Part shown: piece by piece, positions 27,631 through 36,851 of the stretch
Position numbering within the stretch: position 1 is the first letter of the stretch
How the letters are laid out: each line of letters opens with the position of its first letter
DNA from: Gemmatimonadota bacterium
GTDB taxonomy: Bacteria > Gemmatimonadota > Gemmatimonadetes > Palauibacterales > Palauibacteraceae
NCBI GenBank assembly: GCA_046757885.1
Contig: JBHHZD010000002.1
Coordinates: 37,494 to 101,493 of the forward strand
Direction of reading: 5' to 3'
Length of the DNA: 64,000 bases
The notes under the pieces: generated by a model
What the model was told of the DNA's origin: nothing
Database searches by the model: none
Seen by the model: the letters and a program-made list of their open reading frames with translations, nothing else
Translations under genes and position numbers: made by a program

Positions 27631-28884
27631 ATGAGGCCGACCTCCCGTCGTGTCGGAATCTGGCTCCTCATCGCCAGCGTTCTTCTCATCGCCGTAGCCA
27701 CGCTCACCCCCGCGAACTCGAACACGCTCGACTTCTGGAGCTTCTGCCTCGTGTGCGGCGAGCAGGGCGTGGCCGACGTGATCTCGAACCTCATCCTGTT
27801 TCTTCCACTCGGCGTCGCGCTCGGACTCCTCGGCCGAAGTCGGCTCAAGCCCTATGCGCTCGGGCTTCTCCTCTCGACCGCGATCGAGCTGATTCAGGTC
27901 TTCATCCCAGGCCGCGACGCGAACCTCGCGGATGTGGTGTGGAACGGGGCCGGGACGCTCCTGGGCGTGTTCCTGGCCCATTCCGCGGGCCGGTTCCTCG
28001 ACGTGCGGGAGCGGACAGCCGCCCGCCTGTCGCTGGCCTCGGCGGTCGCCGCGATCGGGGCGTGGACGGCCACGGCGGTTCTCCTGGCACCGGCGTTTCC
28101 GTCGGACATGCCCTACTGGGGAGAGCATCAACCCGTGCTCGACCACCTCGGGCGCTATCGAGGCGTCCTGCTCGAGGCGTCGCTCGGAGGACAGATCGTG
28201 CCGGAGGCGCAGCTCCCGGACGCCGAGCGGATCCGCGGGCTGCTCCACGAGAGCGCCCCCATTACGGTGCGCGCGATCGCCGGGCCGCCGCCCGGGAAGC
28301 TCGCCCCCGTCTTCTCGATCGACGGGTATCAGACGGGGCTCGTGCGCGTGGCGATCGACAGGCAGGACGTCGTGTATCATCACCGGATGCGGGCGGAGGC
28401 CCTGCGGCTCGACCGGCCCGTGTTCCGACTGCCGGACGGGATGCGAGACGTGGCCGAGGGGGACACCTTCCGCATCGAGGTGCTCGGGCGAGGGGGACGG
28501 ACGTGCATCGCCGTGAACGGGACGGGCTCGTGTCGATTCGGCTTCACGGTCGCCGACGGCTGGCGTCTGCTCAGCGACTTCGATCCCTTCCCGCTCTGGG
28601 CGGCGCTCCTCATCGGGGCGATCTGGATGGCGGCGCTGATGTTCCCGAGCGGCTACTGGGCCCGGCCGGGCTGGGAGACGCCCCTCGGACTCGTCCTCGC
28701 CGTCGCGGCGCTGGCAGCCATCCCCGCCGCCTCTCCCCTCCTCGCGACGCCGCCGTTCGCCGTGACCGGGGCTGCGAGCGGCTTCGTCGCCGGCACGCTC
28801 GCGGGCCGCCTCCGCCGCCGGGCGATGGCACCCCGCCCGGATCAGGCGAGCACCACCTTCCGCCCGGAGCGAGCGGACTCGTAG
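27631..28884 (+). CDS. VanZ-like family membrane protein with C-terminal extension
   Basis: ATG at 27631. VanZ signature ADVISNLILFLPLGVALG inside an N-terminal domain of about 4 TM helices, followed by a soluble middle region and further TM helices. Confidence 0.55.
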   Translation: MRPTSRRVGIWLLIASVLLIAVATLTPANSNTLDFWSFCLVCGEQGVADVISNLILFLPLGVALGLLGRSRLKPYALGLLLSTAIELIQVFIPGRDANLADVVWNGAGTLLGVFLAHSAGRFLDVRERTAARLSLASAVAAIGAWTATAVLLAPAFPSDMPYWGEHQPVLDHLGRYRGVLLEASLGGQIVPEAQLPDAERIRGLLHESAPITVRAIAGPPPGKLAPVFSIDGYQTGLVRVAIDRQDVVYHHRMRAEALRLDRPVFRLPDGMRDVAEGDTFRIEVLGRGGRTCIAVNGTGSCRFGFTVADGWRLLSDFDPFPLWAALLIGAIWMAALMFPSGYWARPGWETPLGLVLAVAALAAIPAASPLLATPPFAVTGAASGFVAGTLAGRLRRRAMAPRPDQASTTFRPERADS

Positions 28885-29900
28885 CAGGCGGCCACGACGG
28901 CGAGGGCCGCCCGGCCGGCCTCGCCGTCGGCCGGCGCGGGGCCTCCGGTCCGGAACGCCTCGAGCGTCCGGCCGATGAGGTCACGCGTGGCCCGCATGGC
29001 CGGATTCGACGGATTCCGGGCCAGGGCGACCCGCCGATCGGCGACCTCCCGCCACGCGACGCCGGCCCTTCCGTTCTCGAGCCGCACGTGGGGCCGCACG
29101 CTCCGCAGCAGGCCGAGGCTCAGGCGCACCCGTCCCCCGAACGAAGCGCGCAGCGAGGCCCGCTCGGCGTCCGCCCGCACGTCGAAGTACTGCGTGTCGC
29201 CCTTGCACAGGCGGTTCTGGACGATGTGGGCGAGCCGTCCGCGCGAGAACTCCAGCGTGACGAGGGCGACCGAATCGGAGTCCGTGTCGCGCACGCCGCA
29301 CGTGGACGTGGTCGCGGAGACCGTGACCGGGCTCTCGCCGAACAGGAACAGCGCATAGTCGACGAGGTGGATGCCCGCCTCGAAGAGCGTTCCGTTCAGG
29401 AGCTCTCCCCGCCAGCCGGGCTCGGCCCACGGGGGAAGATCCATGCTCTGCCACGCCTGGAGGAACACGAGCTCGCCCGTCTCCGCGGCGCCCAGCTCGT
29501 CCGCCAGGGCCTCGAAGATCGGCATGACCCTGAACTCGTGATTCACGGCGAGCCGCCGGCCGTTCCGTGCGGCGCTCGCGAGCATGCGATCCGCCGCCTC
29601 GACCGTCGGCGCGATCGGCTTCTCGCAGATCACGTCGGCGCCCGCCTCCAGAGCCTGAAGAGCCGCGTCCTCGTGCGTCGCCGGCGGCGTGCCCACGATG
29701 ACGGCGTCGGGCGCCGCGGACGACAGGAGCGCTCCGAAATCCTCGTGGACGGGGATCCCGAACTTCCTGCCCGCTCTTTCCCGGTGCTGCGGATCCGTGT
29801 CGCACCCGCCCACGATCTCGACGCCCGGCAGGGCGCGGAGCGCCGGAAGGTGCAGGGTCGTCCCCGCGTTGCCCAGTCCCAGGACCGCGATTCTCTTCAT
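28842..29900 (-). CDS. Gfo/Idh/MocA-family oxidoreductase
   Basis: MKRIAVLGLGNAGTTLHLPAL... CEKP motif (VICEKPIAP). Confidence 0.8.
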   Translation of the reverse strand: MKRIAVLGLGNAGTTLHLPALRALPGVEIVGGCDTDPQHRERAGRKFGIPVHEDFGALLSSAAPDAVIVGTPPATHEDAALQALEAGADVICEKPIAPTVEAADRMLASAARNGRRLAVNHEFRVMPIFEALADELGAAETGELVFLQAWQSMDLPPWAEPGWRGELLNGTLFEAGIHLVDYALFLFGESPVTVSATTSTCGVRDTDSDSVALVTLEFSRGRLAHIVQNRLCKGDTQYFDVRADAERASLRASFGGRVRLSLGLLRSVRPHVRLENGRAGVAWREVADRRVALARNPSNPAMRATRDLIGRTLEAFRTGGPAPADGEAGRAALAVVAACYESARSGRKVVLA

Positions 29901-29930
29901 CGATGGCCTCTATCCGTTGCTCAACGCCGG

Positions 29931-30830
29931 TCAGCGGACGCGTCGAAGGGCGTCGCCGGCCCCGGCCCAGTATCCGACGACCTCCCCGGCGGCCCAGGAC
30001 GTCACGAACAGCCCGATGAGGGGCAGGGAGCGCGCGAGCTCCGCACGATGCCGGCCGGCTTCCAGAACCTTGCGCACGGTGCGGCCGAACAGAAGGGGGG
30101 GAAGCGGGAAGGCGGCGAAGCCCCAGGCGAGGCGGCGGATTCTTCCCTGCCCCCGGACCCGCATCCCCGCGTAGGAGCGCGCGTAGAGGTACCTCTGCGA
30201 CAGGTACTCGCGGACCGTGTAGTGCTTCTTGTGACCCACGCGGATGTCCGGGCGGCTCAGGAGCTCCACGCCGTCGGCGCGGAGGGCGTCGTGGAGGCGG
30301 TTCTCCCACCGGCCCTCGTCGATGACCCCCGCGTACGCCTCCAGAATCCGCCGTCGGTAGGTCACGTTGTTGCCGGTGAGCCAGTCCGAGACCCCGACCG
30401 GGGGAGACAGGCAGTGGCTGTACTCACACAGGAAGGCCGCCCAGTCCACGAGACGCTCCCGGGCGGCGTTCTCCACGCTTCCACCGACGACGACCGCCCC
30501 GCGGCCGTGGGCTTCCAGCATGCGCTCCGCCCAGTCGGGTGGCACGATGACGTGATCCTCGATCACGCCGACGATCTCCGCGTCCGCCGCCTTGAACGCC
30601 CGAGCCCGCATGCGTGGAATCGTCTCCGTCGGCGGCGCCTCGAGCAGGACGACGCCCGGGTGCGCGGTCCGCAGCGGACCGCGGACGGAGGACCCCACGC
30701 GATCGACCACGATGACCTGGACCCGGACTCCGCCCGTCTGGCCGGCCAGGGCGTCGAGGACGCCTTCCAGGTCCGACCAGCCGTTGACGGACGGCACGAC
30801 CACGGAAAGCTCCGGCGCCCTCCCCGTCAC
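29931..30830 (-). CDS. GT2-like glycosyltransferase
   Basis: LSVVVPSVNG... VIVVDRVGS... IEDHVIV. 299 aa. Overlaps the next gene by ATGA-type coupling. Confidence 0.6.
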   Translation of the reverse strand: MTGRAPELSVVVPSVNGWSDLEGVLDALAGQTGGVRVQVIVVDRVGSSVRGPLRTAHPGVVLLEAPPTETIPRMRARAFKAADAEIVGVIEDHVIVPPDWAERMLEAHGRGAVVVGGSVENAARERLVDWAAFLCEYSHCLSPPVGVSDWLTGNNVTYRRRILEAYAGVIDEGRWENRLHDALRADGVELLSRPDIRVGHKKHYTVREYLSQRYLYARSYAGMRVRGQGRIRRLAWGFAAFPLPPLLFGRTVRKVLEAGRHRAELARSLPLIGLFVTSWAAGEVVGYWAGAGDALRRVR

Positions 30831-31771
30831 GATCCCCCCCCCGACAGGGCGGGCCCGGCGAGGTAGCCGGCCGCCTCACCCAGCGCCCACGCGGACAGGA
30901 AGGCGAGCGTGAGCGGGCCGGCCCTCAGGAACGGGCCGCGATGGCTCCGCCTCGCCCGGCGCGCCACGCGACTCAGCAGGAGAAACGGCAGCACGGGCGT
31001 CCCGGCCGCGAGCAGCCATCGCGAGACCGTCGAGCCCTCTGCGAGACGCCTGCGGGCGTAGGCCCGTCCGTGCGTGAAGCGATCCCGGCAGAAGGCCCCG
31101 AAGCGATAGGTGTGGTTCTGGAGCACGATCGCGTCGGCCCGGAAGGCGAAGCCGACCCCGCGCGCCCGCAGCCGGTCGTGCACGACGTTCTCCCACAGGC
31201 CCGAGCGCGTCCAGGCCGCGATGGCCGGTACGATGGCCCCCGCGTAGGCGACGTTCGCCTCGGTCGGCGACGGCGGCGTTCCGGAGTCGTCGCACCCCGC
31301 GAAGAGCCCGTATTCCGCGAAATAGGCGGCCCAGTCCACGAGGCGCTCGGTGCGCGCGTTCCCCATCGCGCCGCCGACAACGGGAGCCCCCGCCCGCACG
31401 GTCTCCGCCAGGCGCTCCAGCCACCCGGAGGCCGCCACGCAATGGTCCTCGGTGAGCGCCACGACGGCGCCGCTCGCCGCGGCCAGCGCGACCCCCCGCA
31501 GGACCGGGATCGAGCTTCCGGGGGGAGCCGCGAGGAAGCGCACGGTCGGGAACTCCTCCCGCCAGGCCTCCAGGTCCCCGGGATCGCCGGCGCGCGCGAC
31601 GACGAGCTCCGCGCCGACGCTCTCGCACTGTGGGAGCACGGAGCCGATGCAGGCGCGGAGAAGCCGCGCCTCCCGGAAGGAGGCGATGGCCGCGGAAAGA
31701 CCCCCGTCCGGCACCTCGCGCGCCGAAGCCGCTGCCCCGCGCGATCCGTCCCTGTCGTCGCTGTCTCTCAC
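30827..31771 (-). CDS. GT2-like glycosyltransferase, tandem paralog of 29931..30830
   Basis: Collinear similarity to the downstream gene (LSAAIASFREARLLRACIGSVLPQ... TEDHCVA... WAAYFAEYG). I chose the GTG at 31771; the ORF is open to 31942, but that N-terminal extension is Arg-rich and not protein-like. Confidence 0.5.
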   Translation of the reverse strand: MRDSDDRDGSRGAAASAREVPDGGLSAAIASFREARLLRACIGSVLPQCESVGAELVVARAGDPGDLEAWREEFPTVRFLAAPPGSSIPVLRGVALAAASGAVVALTEDHCVAASGWLERLAETVRAGAPVVGGAMGNARTERLVDWAAYFAEYGLFAGCDDSGTPPSPTEANVAYAGAIVPAIAAWTRSGLWENVVHDRLRARGVGFAFRADAIVLQNHTYRFGAFCRDRFTHGRAYARRRLAEGSTVSRWLLAAGTPVLPFLLLSRVARRARRSHRGPFLRAGPLTLAFLSAWALGEAAGYLAGPALSGGGS

Positions 31772-32003
31772 CCGTCTTCCTTCGCTCGATGCCGCTGTGC
31801 CGGGAATGGCCGGCCTGCCCGTTCGCGCACGGGAGTGGTCGTCGCACCGCACGGACCCTGCCACGTGCGGGAGAGCCGCGCGCCGCGGCTTTTTCGCCCG
31901 CCCCCGGAGGCGATTGCAGAATGTGTGGCGTACGCTCAACATACAGGGGTCCGGACCCGTGGCTCAAGCGCCGAATCGCCCCGCGAGCGCGTACCGGGAG
32001 CCC

Positions 32004-32015
32004 TTGTCATAGAAT
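32004..32015 (+). promoter_or_regulatory. AT-rich TTGTCA / TAGAAT hexamers in a divergent intergenic region (possible sigma-70-type elements)
   Basis: Low-GC patch at 31990-32040 within the intergenic region of about 310 nt (31772-32079) between divergent operons. Confidence 0.2.
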
Positions 32016-32079
32016 AACTTACGCCTTCCAACCCCACGCGCGGCGGGCGCTAGCGCACACCTTGCTCCGATGCGGCGAC

Positions 32080-33735
32080 ATGCGGCCACCGACGACGAAC
32101 AGGAACGGCGGACTCTGGGACCTGCCCCTGGACCCACGCGTCGCCTGGACCGTGGCGATCTCCCTCATCCTCGCTCACATCGCGCTGGCGTGGATCGGCC
32201 GGCCCGTGGGGATCACGACGATTCAGGATGACGCGCACTACGTCCTCCTGGGCCAGAGCCTCCGATCGTTTCACTACCGGGATCTCTTCCTGCCGGGCGC
32301 TCCGCCCCACGCGAAGTATCCCCCGGGCTACCCGGCGGTGCTGGCGGCGTGGGGAGGGGTGGGAGGCGACGGCTACGGCTGGCTCGTGCTGCCGAGCCTG
32401 GCCGCCATGGGCGGCGCGCTCGCTCTCGTCTTCGCGGGCCTGAAGAGGACCGTGTCGCCCGCGTTCGCCCTCCTCGTGCTGGCCCCGCTGTCCATGAATC
32501 CGTGGCTCGTGCACCGGTCGGCCACGCTGTTCTCCGAGCCGGTCTTCATGCTGCTGGTCTTTCTCGGCCTCTGGATGGCGAGCGGATCCCGCGGATCCCT
32601 CCGGGCGGCCGCGGTGGCCGGGGCCGCCATCGTGGCCGCCTCGCTCACGCGCGCGATCGGCCTCACGCTCGTGCTCGCGGTGGCCGTCCACTGGGCGCTC
32701 GATGGAAGGGTGCGCCGGGCCGTCGTCCTCGCCGGCGCCGCCGCCCTCGTCGTCGGACTCTGGCTCGCATGGACGAGCCTCGCTCCCACGGCAGCCGTGG
32801 GCAGCTCCTACCTCGCCGACGCCGTCGCCGGCCGCGGCCGGCCGTCGGACCTGCCGTACGTTCTGGCGCTCGCCCAGCGCGTGGCGATCCGCATCTGGCA
32901 GTACCTGACGACGAACCTTCCGCTGCGGCTCGCCATTCCCACGATTCCGGGCACGCCCATCGACAACGGATTGGCGGCCGGGCTCATGGTCGTGGGTCTC
33001 GGACCCGGGTTCGTGCTGCTGACTCGCCGGTGGCGGGCCGGGGCCCTCTACCTCTTCCTCTACCTGGGGCTCCTGCTTCTCTGGCCGTGGCAGCGGGGAC
33101 GCTTCGTGGAGCCGATCCTGCCGCTTCTCGCGGCGGCCCTCCTGCTCGGCGTCGGCCGGGTGGCCGGCCTCCTCGGACGCCGATGGGGGCTCGCGACCGC
33201 CGCCGTCCTTTCCGTCGCCCTGACGGTCGCCGGCGGCGTGAAGAGCGTGCGGGCGGCCGCGCGGGAGGCGGGTTGTGAGCGCCTGGAGCTCGAGGGATCC
33301 CGGGACTGCCTGTCCAAGGACCACGCGAGCTTCTTCGACGCGCTCGCGTTCGCCCGCCGCGGGCTCGGGCCGGGGACGAGGCTGCTCACAGTCGTGCCGG
33401 AGCCCGTGTATCTGTACACGGGCCTGCCCAGCGTCGTCGCGAAGCCGGCCCTGCGCGCGGACCCCGGCGCGTTCCTCGACTACCTGCGGAGCGCCGGGGC
33501 CACCCATATTCTCCTCGGACGGCTGCGGAGCAGCGAGGTCCACGACCTCGAGGTCCGGATCGAGGCGAACTGCCGGGAGTTGGACGTCGCCTACGCGGAC
33601 GCGCCGCGCACGTTCATCTTCTCGATCCCGGACTCCGGGACGGCCGCGGGAGATGGCGGCGCCTGCCGGGCGATCGAGAGCTATCGGGCCTTCAACGAGG
33701 GCGGTCCTCTGCCCGTGTGGTTGAGGGAGCCGTGA
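32080..33735 (+). CDS. GT-C fold polytopic membrane glycosyltransferase (ArnT/PMT-like, GT39/GT83-type)
   Basis: ATG at 32080. First periplasmic loop carries a DDAHY motif (cf. the DE-x-x-Y of ArnT/PMT), followed by about 11 TM helices and a C-terminal soluble domain. Confidence 0.6.
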   Translation: MRPPTTNRNGGLWDLPLDPRVAWTVAISLILAHIALAWIGRPVGITTIQDDAHYVLLGQSLRSFHYRDLFLPGAPPHAKYPPGYPAVLAAWGGVGGDGYGWLVLPSLAAMGGALALVFAGLKRTVSPAFALLVLAPLSMNPWLVHRSATLFSEPVFMLLVFLGLWMASGSRGSLRAAAVAGAAIVAASLTRAIGLTLVLAVAVHWALDGRVRRAVVLAGAAALVVGLWLAWTSLAPTAAVGSSYLADAVAGRGRPSDLPYVLALAQRVAIRIWQYLTTNLPLRLAIPTIPGTPIDNGLAAGLMVVGLGPGFVLLTRRWRAGALYLFLYLGLLLLWPWQRGRFVEPILPLLAAALLLGVGRVAGLLGRRWGLATAAVLSVALTVAGGVKSVRAAAREAGCERLELEGSRDCLSKDHASFFDALAFARRGLGPGTRLLTVVPEPVYLYTGLPSVVAKPALRADPGAFLDYLRSAGATHILLGRLRSSEVHDLEVRIEANCRELDVAYADAPRTFIFSIPDSGTAAGDGGACRAIESYRAFNEGGPLPVWLREP

Positions 33736-34160
33736 CCGGCGCCAGGCGGGAGAGGGGCGCCACGCCCCCCGGCCGGGAGAGCGTTCGGTTCCGAAGGGGG
33801 CCGGCCATCTCCGTCGTGGTCGTCTCGACCGGAGACGCGACGCGCCTCCGGTCGTGCATCGGGGGACTGCGGCCCCAGTGCGAGGAGCACGACGCCGAGC
33901 TCATCGTCGTGACGACCGCCCCGGGGAGCGAGGTCGAGGCGCTCGTCCGCTCGCATCCGTGGGTCCGGTTCGTCAGCGCGGAGGCGGGAAGGACGCTGGA
34001 GGACCTGAAGTCGGACGGGATGGCGGCCACGACGGGCGACGTCGTCGGCATCCGGACGGACGAAACGGACGTGCCGGACAACTACGTGCTCTGCCTCACC
34101 GGGGCCCCGAGGGCGGCCCGGCGGGCCGACGCGGAAACGCTGCATCAGGAAGGCGGGTGA
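33732..34160 (+). CDS. Short GT2-like N-terminal-domain protein (truncated third paralog of 29931..31771; possible gene remnant)
   Basis: ISVVVVSTGDATRLRSCIGGLRPQCEEHDAELIVVTT aligns with the N-termini of the two tandem GT2-like genes but stops after about 142 aa. GTG at 33732 with GTGA overlap. Confidence 0.35.
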   Translation: MTGARRERGATPPGRESVRFRRGPAISVVVVSTGDATRLRSCIGGLRPQCEEHDAELIVVTTAPGSEVEALVRSHPWVRFVSAEAGRTLEDLKSDGMAATTGDVVGIRTDETDVPDNYVLCLTGAPRAARRADAETLHQEGG

Positions 34161-34180
34161 CGCGTGGAGGCTCGAGACCT

Positions 34181-35662
34181 GTGAGGAGCATACGGCACCT
34201 TGAGAAGGGCGACCGCGTCGTCGTCATCGGGGGCGGGCCGGCCGGGCTCACGGCCGCCTACCTCCTGGCCGAGCGGGGCATCGACGTCACCGTCCTCGAG
34301 GGCGACGACGTCGTGGGCGGCATCTCGCGGACGGCGGAGTACAAAGGGTTCCGGTTCGACATCGGCGGACACCGGTTCTTCACGAAGATCGAGCCCGTGG
34401 AGCGGATGTGGCACGAGGTTCTCGGAGACCAGATGATCCGCGTACCCCGCCTGTCGCGCATCTACTACGATGGAAAGTTCTTCGACTATCCCCTCAAGCC
34501 GCTGAACGCGCTGCGCGGCCTCGGGCCCTGGAACGCGATCCGGATCGGGCTCAGCTACCTGTACGCCCACTTCCGACCGTCCCCGGTCGAGGAGAACTTC
34601 GAGCAGTGGGTGTCGAACCGGTTCGGGAAGCGGCTGTACGAGATCTTCTTCAAGACGTACACGGAAAAGGTGTGGGGGATTCCCTGCACGGAGATTCGCG
34701 CCGAGTGGGCCGCGCAGCGGATCAAGGGCCTGTCGCTGGCCCGTGCAATTCTCTCGGCCGCATCTCTGAACAAGCGCTCGACCACGATCAAGACGCTGAT
34801 CAACGAGTTCCAGTATCCCCGCCTCGGCCCGGGGCAGATGTGGGAGATGTGCCGGGACCGGATCGTGGAGCGGGGCGGACGGGTCCTGATGCGGCACCGC
34901 GTGGTCGGCCTCGAGACCCGGGGCGAGGAGGTCTCGGCGGCCATCGTGCAGACGCCCGACGGTGACAGGCGCTTCGAGGCCGAGCACTTCATCTCGTCGA
35001 TGCCGGTCCGATCGCTCGTCCGGTCGCTGCGGCCGTCGCCCCCGGTGGAGGTGCGGGGAGCGGGCGAGGGACTGAACTACCGCGACTTCTTCGTCGTGAC
35101 CCTCATCGTGGACCAACCCGACCTGTTCCCGGACAACTGGATCTACATTCACAGCCCCGGGGTGAGGGTCGGGCGCATCCAGAACTTCGGGAACTGGAGC
35201 GCGGATCTCGTCCCCGATCCGACGAAGTCCTCCCTCGGGATGGAGTACTTCTGCTTCGAGGGCGACGGGATGTGGACCAGCGCGGATGAAGACCTGATCG
35301 CCCTCGCGACGCGCGAGCTCGGCGAGCTCGGCCTCGCGGATCCCGACCTCGTGTCCGACGGATCCGTCGTCCGGATGCCGAAGGCCTACCCCATCTACGA
35401 CTTCGCATACCGGGCCCATCTGGAGAATGTCCGCGCGCACCTCGATCCGATCCGGAACCTTCACCTCGTGGGCCGGAACGGGCTGCACAAGTACAACAAC
35501 CAGGACCACTCCATGCTCACGGCCATGATGACCGTGTGGAACATGGAGGGCGCCGAGCACGACATCTGGGCCGTGAACACCGACTTCGAGTACCACGAAG
35601 AGCAGAAGCTCGATTCCGGACGGGACGCCGAGGACCCCGTCGCCGTCCGGTCCGCGGTCTGA
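34181..35662 (+). CDS. NAD(P)/FAD-dependent oxidoreductase (amine-oxidase / UDP-galactopyranose-mutase-like Rossmann family)
   Basis: GTG at 34181. VVVIGGGPAGLTAAYLLAERGIDVTVLEGDDVVGG dinucleotide-binding motif. 493 aa. Confidence 0.7.
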   Translation: MRSIRHLEKGDRVVVIGGGPAGLTAAYLLAERGIDVTVLEGDDVVGGISRTAEYKGFRFDIGGHRFFTKIEPVERMWHEVLGDQMIRVPRLSRIYYDGKFFDYPLKPLNALRGLGPWNAIRIGLSYLYAHFRPSPVEENFEQWVSNRFGKRLYEIFFKTYTEKVWGIPCTEIRAEWAAQRIKGLSLARAILSAASLNKRSTTIKTLINEFQYPRLGPGQMWEMCRDRIVERGGRVLMRHRVVGLETRGEEVSAAIVQTPDGDRRFEAEHFISSMPVRSLVRSLRPSPPVEVRGAGEGLNYRDFFVVTLIVDQPDLFPDNWIYIHSPGVRVGRIQNFGNWSADLVPDPTKSSLGMEYFCFEGDGMWTSADEDLIALATRELGELGLADPDLVSDGSVVRMPKAYPIYDFAYRAHLENVRAHLDPIRNLHLVGRNGLHKYNNQDHSMLTAMMTVWNMEGAEHDIWAVNTDFEYHEEQKLDSGRDAEDPVAVRSAV

Positions 35663-35672
35663 GGCTCGACGG

Positions 35673-36851
35673 ATGCGGATCGGAGTCGACGCGACCTGCT
35701 GGGCCAATCGGAGAGGGTACGGCCGGTTCACGCGCGAGCTCCTGCGCGCGTGCGTCGAGCTCGCCCCCGACGATCGGTTCGTCTGCCTCCTCGATCCGGC
35801 GTCGGCCGGGAGCTTCGACCTGGAGGGCGAGAACGTGGAAGTCGTGTCCGTCCACCAGCGGGTGTCGCCGACGGAGGCCGCCGCCGCCGACGGGAACCGG
35901 TCGCCGCGCGACATGCTTCGCCTCGCGTCGGCCGCGGCACGCACGCGGGTGGACGTGTTCTTCTGCCCTTCCGTGTACACGTTCTTTCCTCTTCCGCGCC
36001 GCATGGCCGCCGTGGTGACGATCCACGACACCATCGCGGAGAGGTTTCCGGAGCTCACGCTCCCGTCCCGGCGGGCCCGACTGTTCTGGACGCTGAAGGT
36101 GCGGCTCGCCATTCGGCAGGCGCGGCTCATCCTCACCGTGTCCGAGTACTCGGCGCGGGAGATCGCGCGGCGCCTGCGCGTGCCCGGGTCGCGGATCCGG
36201 GTCGCCGGGGAAGCCCCGGCCCCCGCCTTCCATCCGAGCGAGTCCGCGGAGCGGGTGGCGGCCGAGGCGGCGACCCTCGGCCTGCCGGTCGGCGCCCGCT
36301 GGTTCACCTACGTGGGCGGATTCAACCCGCACAAGAACGTGCAGGACATCGTCCGGGCGCACGCGGAGCTCGTGGCCGAGCATCCGCGGAATCCTCCGCA
36401 CCTCCTCCTCGTGGGAGCGACCCGGGGCGACGTGTTCCACGGAAACCAGGGGGAGATCCGGCGGCTCATCGAGAGCCTCGGCACCGCGCCGTACGTGGTC
36501 TGGACCGGCTTTCTGCCCGACGATCGGCTCCGCCATCTCCATTCCGGAGCGCTGGCGCTCCTGTTGCCGTCCGAGGCGGAGGGGTTCGGCCTCCCTGCCG
36601 TCGAGGCCGCGGCGTGCGGCGCTCCCGTCGTCGCGACGACCGAGAGCCCGCTTCCCGAGATTCTGGCGGGGGGAGGCATCTTCGTGCGGCCTTCGGACGC
36701 GGACGCCCTCAAGACGGCGATGCGGCGGCTTCTCGAGGATCGCGCGCTTCGAGAGGAGCTGGGGAGCGGCGCACGGGCCCGGGCCGGCGCCCTGAGCTGG
36801 GAGCGGGCCGCCGGGCGGGCCATGGCCGCGCTCCGGGAGGCGGCCGCGTGA
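35673..36851 (+). CDS. GT4 family glycosyltransferase
   Basis: MRIGVDATC... C-terminal EGFGLPAVEAAACGAPVVAT. Confidence 0.8.
   Translation: MRIGVDATCWANRRGYGRFTRELLRACVELAPDDRFVCLLDPASAGSFDLEGENVEVVSVHQRVSPTEAAAADGNRSPRDMLRLASAAARTRVDVFFCPSVYTFFPLPRRMAAVVTIHDTIAERFPELTLPSRRARLFWTLKVRLAIRQARLILTVSEYSAREIARRLRVPGSRIRVAGEAPAPAFHPSESAERVAAEAATLGLPVGARWFTYVGGFNPHKNVQDIVRAHAELVAEHPRNPPHLLLVGATRGDVFHGNQGEIRRLIESLGTAPYVVWTGFLPDDRLRHLHSGALALLLPSEAEGFGLPAVEAAACGAPVVATTESPLPEILAGGGIFVRPSDADALKTAMRRLLEDRALREELGSGARARAGALSWERAAGRAMAALREAAA

Noticed and set aside
27627-30866. 1079-aa + strand ORF
   Set aside because: Runs through the VanZ-like gene in another frame and antisense to the Gfo and GT2 genes; low-complexity translation.
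31772-31942. N-terminal extension of the GT2-like paralog back to the ATG at 31942
   Set aside because: The extension (MLSVRHTFCNRLRGRAKKPRR...) is basic and low-complexity and has no counterpart in the paralog. An internal GTG at 31771 is more plausible.
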